The notes under the pieces are model-generated. The model saw only the letters and a program-made list of their open reading frames with translations, ran no database searches and was not told the origin of the DNA. A DNA stretch of 61,582 nt from Pseudomonadota bacterium (GTDB taxonomy: Bacteria > Pseudomonadota > Gammaproteobacteria > Burkholderiales > Burkholderiaceae_D). Shown here piece by piece: positions 40,410 to 47,213 of the stretch. Each line of letters begins with the position of its first letter. Positions within the stretch are counted from its first letter, which is position 1. The position numbers and the translations under genes were made by a program. The DNA lies in NCBI GenBank assembly GCA_030272785.1, contig JARXKM010000002.1, positions 1 to 61,582 on the forward strand, in the 5' to 3' direction.

Positions 40410-41189
40410 ATGGCTGAACAAGACCACACCAAGGGCGAGGCGATAGCGTCTGCAAAATCGATGCCCGCTGCGCTCGCCGCCGGCGGCGCCGCGCGGCGCC
40501 GTTTCGGCCTCGGCGTGTCCGGCGTGCTGGTGACGCTGGCCAGCCAGCCTGCCATGGCCGACGTGGTGTGCGGGACCTGGTCGGCGTCGCTGTCGAAGAC
40601 CCACGCCAGCCACGCGCCGGCCGCGCAGAGCCAGTGCCTGGGCCGTTCCCCGACGTATTGGCACGACAATCCGGCCGCCTGGTCGGCGGCGGGGATCGTT
40701 CCGGCAAGCATGTTTAACACCCACTTCGCCACCACCGGGCTGGGTAGCCAGTTGGCTGGATACACGCTGATGGAAGTGTTGACACCGTCGGCATTGACGG
40801 GCACCGCCAGCGGCGGCAATAACGGCAATGGCAACAACAACGGTAACGGCAACGGTACCAGCGCTAGCAGTGGCAGCAACGGCAACGGCAACAATAACGG
40901 TTTGAATGGCAACAACGGCAACGGCAATAAAGACAAGGGCTTTACGACCATATTGCCGGGCACCAGGGAGGCAGTCGACCAGGAGCGCGCGACCGTGGCT
41001 GCCTACTTTGTCGCCACCTTGCTCAATGTGCGCTCGAACAAGATCAGTTTCCTCACCGAAGAGTCGGTGCTGGCAGCCTGGAAATCGTACGTGACGACCT
41101 CCACCTTCACGCCGATGGCGGGTGCGGCGCCGTGGACCGGGCCGGACCTGGTGGTCTACCTGAACAGCACTATGCAAGATGGCAAATAG
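40410..41189 (+). CDS. Hypothetical Tat-like secreted protein with Asn/Gly-rich insert; candidate substrate of the downstream kinase cassette
   Basis: ARRRFG + hydrophobic + AMA cleavage site, two Cys, CLGRSPTYW motif, NGNG repeats; GAAGGGA RBS. Confidence 0.8.
   Translation: MAEQDHTKGEAIASAKSMPAALAAGGAARRRFGLGVSGVLVTLASQPAMADVVCGTWSASLSKTHASHAPAAQSQCLGRSPTYWHDNPAAWSAAGIVPASMFNTHFATTGLGSQLAGYTLMEVLTPSALTGTASGGNNGNGNNNGNGNGTSASSGSNGNGNNNGLNGNNGNGNKDKGFTTILPGTREAVDQERATVAAYFVATLLNVRSNKISFLTEESVLAAWKSYVTTSTFTPMAGAAPWTGPDLVVYLNSTMQDGK
40812..40929 (+). repeat. Low-complexity (AAC/AAT/GGC)n tract encoding Asn-Gly repeats
   Basis: GGNNGNGNNNGNGNGTSASSGSNGNGNNNGLNGNNGNGN. Confidence 0.85.
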
Positions 41190-41219
41190 GGTCGCAGCTC
41201 GCGCATGGCATGGGGCGGT

Positions 41220-41495
41220 ATGTGGCAGTTGATGTACGGGCAGTTGCTGCAGTATCGCAGTTGGGACGGCGCCGAATATGTGCTCTACAACGATTTGTCG
41301 GGTGATACCCACCTGCTGGGCGCCGATGCCGCCCTGCTGCTGCTGACGCTCAAACAGGGCGCCGCCGGCGAGCCGGCCCTGCTGGCATCGCTCAACGCGG
41401 CGCGCGACGGCGCCGAGCCGGTGGCGCCGGACCAACTGGCCGCGCTGCTGGCCCAGCTGGCCGCTCTGTCGCTGCTGGCACGCCTGCCATGCTGA
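41220..41495 (+). CDS. HPr-rel-A system PqqD-family peptide chaperone (RRE)
   Basis: 91 aa, WDGAEYVLYNDLSGDTHLL strands followed by three helices ending LAALSLL; overlaps the kinase start; start could be 41205. Confidence 0.85.
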   Translation: MWQLMYGQLLQYRSWDGAEYVLYNDLSGDTHLLGADAALLLLTLKQGAAGEPALLASLNAARDGAEPVAPDQLAALLAQLAALSLLARLPC

Positions 41496-42400
41496 CCCTG
41501 GCGTCGCTCTCCCGGGCCGAGCTCGGCGCACGGCTGGCGCGGCCCGGCCTGCGGCTGCAAACCGGTCGCTTCGTCACCCGCGTGAGCAGCCCGATCGCCG
41601 GGGTGGCCGACGGCATCGCCCTGCTGTACCCCGACTACCCGCTGCTCGAGCAGGACGGCTTCGCCGATTTCTATGTCCATTTCACGCGCTCTGGCGGCCT
41701 GCGCCGCTGGTTCCGGCCGCAGGTCAACTTCGACTACGACGGCGTGACGCCGTTCGATCCCTTGCCCTGCCACCATGCCCAGCCAATGTTCGAATGGGTG
41801 CTCAACTGGTGCGTCACCACGCGCGCCCACCAGTACCTGATGCTGCATGCGGCGGTGATCGAGCGCAACGGCGTCGCCGCCATCCTGCCGGCGCCGCCCG
41901 GCTCGGGCAAGAGCACGCTGTGCGCCGCCCTGGTGACGCGCGGCTGGCGCTTGCTGTCGGACGAAGTGGCGCTGGTGCGGCTCGACAGCGGCGAGCTCGA
42001 ACCGCTGCCGCGGCCGGTGAGCCTGAAGAACGCCTCGATCGCGCTGATGCGGGCGTACGCGCCGCAGGCGACCTTCAGCGTGCCGGTGCTCGACACCGCC
42101 AAGGGCGCGGTGGCGCACATGAAAGCGCCGGCCGACAGCGTGCGCCGCGCCGACGAGACCGCGCGGCCGGCGTGGATCGTCTTTCCGCGCTATGTGGCCG
42201 GCGCCGCGGCGCAGCTGGCGGCGGTCGCGCCGGCGCGCGCCGCCATGCGCGTGGCGGAGAATTCTTTCAATTACAGCCTGCTGGCGGCGACTGGCTTCGG
42301 CGCGCTGGCGCGCCTGATCGACGCCACCGCCTGCTACGATTTCACTTACAGCGCGCTGGACGACGCCATCGGCGTGTTCGACGCCTTGAGCGCGTCGTGA
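41489..42400 (+). CDS. HprK-related kinase A
   Basis: RRWFRPQ, FEWVLNW, LHAAV, PAPPGSGKST Walker A, LLSDE, PRPVSLKN. Confidence 0.9.
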   Translation: MLTLASLSRAELGARLARPGLRLQTGRFVTRVSSPIAGVADGIALLYPDYPLLEQDGFADFYVHFTRSGGLRRWFRPQVNFDYDGVTPFDPLPCHHAQPMFEWVLNWCVTTRAHQYLMLHAAVIERNGVAAILPAPPGSGKSTLCAALVTRGWRLLSDEVALVRLDSGELEPLPRPVSLKNASIALMRAYAPQATFSVPVLDTAKGAVAHMKAPADSVRRADETARPAWIVFPRYVAGAAAQLAAVAPARAAMRVAENSFNYSLLAATGFGALARLIDATACYDFTYSALDDAIGVFDALSAS

Positions 42401-43470
42401 TCGCGCCGCCGCTGCTGCTGCAATTGCTGCGCCAGCCGGTGCAGCTGGCCGGCGCCAGCCTGGCCGACTGGGACCTGATGCTGCGCCAGGCGGCGCTGGC
42501 GAACCTGACGCCGGCGCTGTACCACCTGCTGGCCGAACACGGCGTGCTCGCGCGCGTGCCGGCGCCGGCGCGCGCGCACCTGGAATGGGCGCGCGCCACC
42601 GGCGAGCGGCATGCCCAGGCGGTGCGCTTCGAGGTGCTCAAGATCGGCCAGGCGCTGGCCGGCACCGGCGTGCCGCTGCTGCTGCTCAAGGGCGCCGCGT
42701 ATGCGATGGCCGGGCTGGCGCCGGCGGCCGGCCGGCTGTTTACCGACATCGACATCCTGGTGCCGAAACAGCGTCTCGGCGCCGTCGAAGGGGCGCTGAT
42801 GCTGGCCGGCTGGGCCAGCGGCCATCACGACGCCTACGATCAGCGCTATTACCGCGAATGGATGCACGAACTGCCGCCGATGGAGCATATCGCGCGCCTG
42901 AGCCTGATCGATGTGCACCACGCGATCCTGCCGGAAACGGCGGCGGCGCATCCGGACCCGGCGCTGCTGCGCGCCGCCGCGCTGCCGATCGCCGGCCAGC
43001 CCGGCCTGGCCATGCTGGCGCCGGTCGACATGGTGCTGCACAGCGCGGTGCACCTGTTTTACGAGGGCGAGCTCGGACACGGCCTGCGCGACCTGTTCGA
43101 CCTGCACCGCCTGCTGCAGCAGTTCGGCCGCGCGCCGGCGTTCTGGCGCGACCTGCCGCTGCGCGCCCACGAACTGGGACTGAGCCGCCCGCTGTTTTAT
43201 GCCCTGCGCTACGCCGGCCGCTTGCTGCACACGCCCATCCCGGTCGAGGTCGCTGAGCAGGCCGAGGCGGGCAGGCCGCACCCACTGCTGCTGGCCCTGA
43301 TGGACCGCTTGTTCGACCGCGCCTTGCTGCCGGCGCATGCCAGTTGCGCCGATGGCTACACCGGCAGCGCGCGCTTCCTGCTGTACGTGCGCGCCAACTG
43401 GCTGCGCATGCCGCCGCTGATGCTGGCGCGGCATCTGTTCCACAAGGCGTTTATCACGCCCAAGCGATGA
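42397..43470 (+). CDS. Nucleotidyltransferase family protein (NTP_transf_5-like)
   Basis: LLKGAAY, RLFTDIDILV, YYREWMHELPP, IDVHH, LRDLFD; GTGA overlap with the kinase stop. Confidence 0.88.
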   Translation: MIAPPLLLQLLRQPVQLAGASLADWDLMLRQAALANLTPALYHLLAEHGVLARVPAPARAHLEWARATGERHAQAVRFEVLKIGQALAGTGVPLLLLKGAAYAMAGLAPAAGRLFTDIDILVPKQRLGAVEGALMLAGWASGHHDAYDQRYYREWMHELPPMEHIARLSLIDVHHAILPETAAAHPDPALLRAAALPIAGQPGLAMLAPVDMVLHSAVHLFYEGELGHGLRDLFDLHRLLQQFGRAPAFWRDLPLRAHELGLSRPLFYALRYAGRLLHTPIPVEVAEQAEAGRPHPLLLALMDRLFDRALLPAHASCADGYTGSARFLLYVRANWLRMPPLMLARHLFHKAFITPKR

Positions 43471-43512
43471 AGGAGGCCCTCCCCGTCACTGCATGGATTG
43501 TCAGTTTGGAAA

Positions 43513-43529
43513 TGTCGACATTTCTTACA
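43513..43529 (+). promoter_or_regulatory. Putative PrsR enhancer TGT-N11-ACA
   Basis: TGTCGACATTTCTTACA, 63 nt upstream of a sigma54 site. Confidence 0.75.
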
Positions 43530-43592
43530 CTTACCCACGCCGGCATGGGTCTGTAAATCACAAGTCCATGATTAAACAGAAGAAAGTTTTCA

Positions 43593-43608
43593 TGGCACGC
43601 AAAGTGCT
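43593..43608 (+). promoter_or_regulatory. Sigma54 -24/-12 promoter of the PEP-CTERM gene
   Basis: TGGCACGCAAAGTGCT matches TGGCACG-N4-(T/G)TGC. Confidence 0.88.
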
Positions 43609-43649
43609 TTAAGTGAATCAACCGACTACTCATCCGAATTGGAAGCGTC

Positions 43650-44615
43650 ATGAAACTGAAATTTTCTTCCGTAGCTCTCGCTGTTACCTTGGCAGCTGCC
43701 TCGTTTGGCGCACAAGCTAGCCTCATCGGCATGGCTGATCTCACCATCACTCAATTGCTTCTGCGCAACTCGACGCCTGTCTCCCCTGGTGTCTACACCT
43801 ATCTGACTCCCGCCGATATCAACATCGTTGGCGGCTCGCGCGTCAGCAACAACAATGCTGTTTTGAACGGTTCGCTGCTCAGCAGCAGCGCCGGTGCCGG
43901 CGCCGTCGGCGACGCCAACGCCATCTATGAGTGCAATGGTGCTTGCGGCAGCCCAGCCCTGTTGGCAGCATACGCCAGCGGGGGGGGCTTGTCAGATAAC
44001 ACCACCACCCACATCCTGACGCCGATCGTGCCAGCGTTGAAGTACGCCCTGGGCGACAGTAAGATTTCCGGCAGCGCTCTGGCGGGCGGGGCAGCAGGCT
44101 TTACCCGTGCCGATTCCGAGTTGAGCGGACCGAAAAATTCGTCGAGCGCCAACGGCAATCTGGCCAACGAAGTGGCGGCGAAGTTTACCGCAGCGACCTC
44201 GCGCTTGGTCGACTTCCAGGTGACCTATGACGCCCTGGTGCGCACCTTCATCGACGCGCAACACTATGGCGTTACGGGTGCTTCGTCGGTTCTGGCGACC
44301 AACCAGTTCACCGTCAGCGTGTTTGACGAAACCGATGGCGTCGATTTGCTGTTTGCCGGTGCCAAAACCTGGTCCCCGGTTGACTTGAATCGTAGTGGTT
44401 CGACCAATACGGCGATTAACGGAACGGCGAAAAATTTCGCGTCGTCAGGTACCATCTACTCGCCATCCGTTTTATTGCTGTCGGGACATGATTACTCGCT
44501 GAACATTACCCAGAACAGCTCGGTGATCTTGCGCTCGGTGCCAGAGCCTGCATCGATGCTGCTGATCGGCCTGGGACTGGCAGCAATCGGCTTCGCCTCG
44601 CGCCGCCGCGCCTAA
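43650..44615 (+). CDS. PEP-CTERM sorting domain protein (possibly EDSAP-1-like)
   Basis: Sec signal (AQA), Ser/Thr/Ala/Gly/Asn-rich body, C-terminal VPEPASMLLIGLGLAAIGFASRRRA. Confidence 0.95.
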   Translation: MKLKFSSVALAVTLAAASFGAQASLIGMADLTITQLLLRNSTPVSPGVYTYLTPADINIVGGSRVSNNNAVLNGSLLSSSAGAGAVGDANAIYECNGACGSPALLAAYASGGGLSDNTTTHILTPIVPALKYALGDSKISGSALAGGAAGFTRADSELSGPKNSSSANGNLANEVAAKFTAATSRLVDFQVTYDALVRTFIDAQHYGVTGASSVLATNQFTVSVFDETDGVDLLFAGAKTWSPVDLNRSGSTNTAINGTAKNFASSGTIYSPSVLLLSGHDYSLNITQNSSVILRSVPEPASMLLIGLGLAAIGFASRRRA

Positions 44616-44682
44616 GGTTCTTGCCACGCAGCACTACGCCGGCCAGGCCGGGGTAGTGCGGCCGTATTGCTGGTGGTACACT

Positions 44683-44719
44683 AAACGACCCGGTCGCTTC
44701 CGCGCCCAGGTCGTTTTTT
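44683..44719 (+). terminator. Probable intrinsic terminator after the PEP-CTERM gene
   Basis: AAACGACC...GGTCGTTT stem running into a T tract; a further GCACTAC...GTAGTGC hairpin lies at about 44631-44659. Confidence 0.6.
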
Positions 44720-44720
44720 C

Positions 44721-46280
44721 ATGGGCGGCGAACACATCATGGTCAAGGACCACAGCGACAACATCAGCGGCTGGTCGCGGCCCCTGCGCGGGCTGCACCG
44801 GCCCACCAGCGTCGACGAGGTGGTGGCGCTGGTGCAGGCGGCGCGCGCCGCGCGCACGCCCCTGTACCCGGTCTCTACCGGGCTCAATTACGGCTATGGC
44901 GGCAAGTCGCCGATCGTCGAGCATAGCGCGCTGGTGGACCTGTCGGCGATGAACGCGATCCGCAACGCCGGCGCCATCTCGCTGGCCAACCCGGTCGCCG
45001 TGATCGAACCGGGCGTCACCCAGCAGCAGCTGTACGACTACCTGCAGCGGCACTGCCCGGAATTGACCTTCAACGTGACCGGCTCGGCGCGCCACACTAG
45101 CATCCTCGGCAACGCGCTCGACCGCGGCGTCGGCTACTTCGGGCCGCGCAAGGAAGATCTGTTCGGCCTCGAAGTGGTGTGCGGCTCCGGCAAGCTGCTG
45201 CGCACCGGTTTTCGCCGCCTCGGCGACGCCTCGCCGCTGGCCTGCAGCCACCCGTACGGACTGGGGCCGATCCTCGACGGCCTGTTCTTCCAGGGCAATT
45301 ACGGCATCGTCACCAGCGCTTGCTTCCGCCTGATACCGCGCCGCCCGTGCCGGGTTGCGCTGTCCTTGGCGCTGCGCAACGAGGCGGACCTGCCGCGCTT
45401 CATCGACGCGCTGGCCCATCTCAAGCGCGCCGGCCTGGTCGAGTCGGTGACCCACATCGGCAACCGCGCGCGCTCGCACGCGACGCTGATGCATGGCATC
45501 ACCGGCTATCTCGAGACGCACTGCAAGATGACGCCGGCGGCGGCGCTGGCCGAGGCGGAATCGGTGCTCGAACGGGTCGCGCCGGGCGAGTGGGCCAGCC
45601 TGGCCGCCGTCACCGGCACCAAGGCGCAGGTGCGCGCCAGCCTGGCCGAAATCCGCCGCCACATGAAGCCGATGGCGCGCGTGATGGTGGTGACCGAGCA
45701 GCGCCTGCGCTACGGCTACGCGCTCACCCACGCGCTGCGCGCAATTCCGTTCGCCCGCGCCAACGCGGCGGCGATCGCGGCAATCCGCCCGCTGCACGCG
45801 CTGGCGCTGGGCGTGCCGACCGATGCGGCGATCGACAACCTGCTGTGGCGGGCCGGCCGCAGCGAGCTGTCGGCGGCCGAACTGGACCAGTCGCGCTGCG
45901 GCCTGCTGTTCATCAATCCGGCGCTGCCGCTCGACGGCGCCTTCGTCGCCCGGATCATCGCCGCGCTCAAGGCCTGCGCGGCCGGGTTCGGCCACCCCTT
46001 GTACATCACGATCAATATCGAGACGCCGACCTCGCTGGTGGCGGTGATCAACCTGCTGTTCGACCGCGGCGAGGCAGCCGAACTGGCGCGCGCCCACGCC
46101 TGCGCGGACGCACTGCTGCAACTGCTGCACGGCGAGGGGCTGGAAGTGTATCGGGCGCGCGCCGACATGATGGCCGGCATTGTCGGCGCCGATGCCGATT
46201 ACTGGGCCACCATCCGCGGCCTGAAGGGGGAGCTCGATCCGGACAACATCATCGCGCCGGGGCGCTACAACCTGCCTTAG
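44721..46280 (+). CDS. FAD-binding oxidoreductase, VAO/p-cresol methylhydroxylase flavoprotein family
   Basis: STGLNYGYG, IEPGVT, GNALDRGVGY, GLEVV, YGLGPILDGLFFQGNYGIVT, LDPDNIIAPG; start may be 44739. Confidence 0.88.
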   Translation: MGGEHIMVKDHSDNISGWSRPLRGLHRPTSVDEVVALVQAARAARTPLYPVSTGLNYGYGGKSPIVEHSALVDLSAMNAIRNAGAISLANPVAVIEPGVTQQQLYDYLQRHCPELTFNVTGSARHTSILGNALDRGVGYFGPRKEDLFGLEVVCGSGKLLRTGFRRLGDASPLACSHPYGLGPILDGLFFQGNYGIVTSACFRLIPRRPCRVALSLALRNEADLPRFIDALAHLKRAGLVESVTHIGNRARSHATLMHGITGYLETHCKMTPAAALAEAESVLERVAPGEWASLAAVTGTKAQVRASLAEIRRHMKPMARVMVVTEQRLRYGYALTHALRAIPFARANAAAIAAIRPLHALALGVPTDAAIDNLLWRAGRSELSAAELDQSRCGLLFINPALPLDGAFVARIIAALKACAAGFGHPLYITINIETPTSLVAVINLLFDRGEAAELARAHACADALLQLLHGEGLEVYRARADMMAGIVGADADYWATIRGLKGELDPDNIIAPGRYNLP

Positions 46281-46286
46281 CGCCGC

Positions 46287-47051
46287 TTAGCCGAGCGAGA
46301 ACAGACGCCGCGCGATGCCTTCTTCTTCCTTGGGGGAAAAGAAATACGGGAACAGCGAGCGCTCCGTGCCGGGCCGGTCGCTGCTGCCGCCAAGCCGTTC
46401 GATCTGCCGCGCGACATTGTCGAGGCTGTTCCACAGCAGGTAGGCCGGGGCGTCGACGCGCGGGTTCTTGCGCAACTCGGCCTGGCGGGTGAAACCGAGC
46501 ATGGTTTCGTAGAAGCGGCGATGGCGCGGGTTGACCTCGATGAACACATCGGTGCAGTTGTGCAGGTAGCGGCCGTAGATGAACAAAATGTGGAACAGCG
46601 AGGCGAGCGCCATCTTCGAATTGACCTCGGGATCGAACGCCAGCTTGGTGATCTCGCACACCTTGGCGCCGCGCGCGCGGTACAGATCGATCTGGTCCTT
46701 GAACACTTCGTCGGCCAGGATGCCGATCGGCGAGTCGATGCCGAGCGTGACCGTGCCCACCACGACGCCCTGGTCGGACGCCGACAGCGTGATGCGGTTT
46801 GGATCGTCGGTGATGCGATGCGAACCGGCATAGCCGCGCCACGCGTACATCTTGTTGATCAAGAGGCTAGCGTGGTTGCGTCCCTGGTCGGTATCGGCGA
46901 CACGGATCCCAAATGTTTTCTCGTTGATCGTCACATCGCTGATCGTATCACAAGAACCACAGTTTTGGTCTTTTGGAAATGAATTTTGGGCAATATCTGA
47001 GTCGGCCACACCGCCACCGGCCATCTCTACCATGTTCAGGGCATTACTCAT
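46287..47051 (-). CDS. N-acyl amino acid synthase, FeeM-like
   Basis: LINKMYAWRGY, GTVTLGIDS, CEITKLAFD, FIEVNPRHRRFYETMLGF, RVDAPA, SLFPYFFS; GGAGG RBS before ATG 47051. Confidence 0.85.
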   Translation of the reverse strand: MSNALNMVEMAGGGVADSDIAQNSFPKDQNCGSCDTISDVTINEKTFGIRVADTDQGRNHASLLINKMYAWRGYAGSHRITDDPNRITLSASDQGVVVGTVTLGIDSPIGILADEVFKDQIDLYRARGAKVCEITKLAFDPEVNSKMALASLFHILFIYGRYLHNCTDVFIEVNPRHRRFYETMLGFTRQAELRKNPRVDAPAYLLWNSLDNVARQIERLGGSSDRPGTERSLFPYFFSPKEEEGIARRLFSLG

Positions 47052-47213
47052 GTCGTCCTCCCGAATGGGCCGCGATATCGTACAGGACGAGGCCTGGAAT
47101 GTCAGTATGCTATCACCGGCGTGCGTACGATCATAGGTAAAATTACTTTTAATCAATTTACACTGCCGTAGAACTACATACTGACGCGTAGTCGCGCACC
47201 CGGTATTGTTCCC

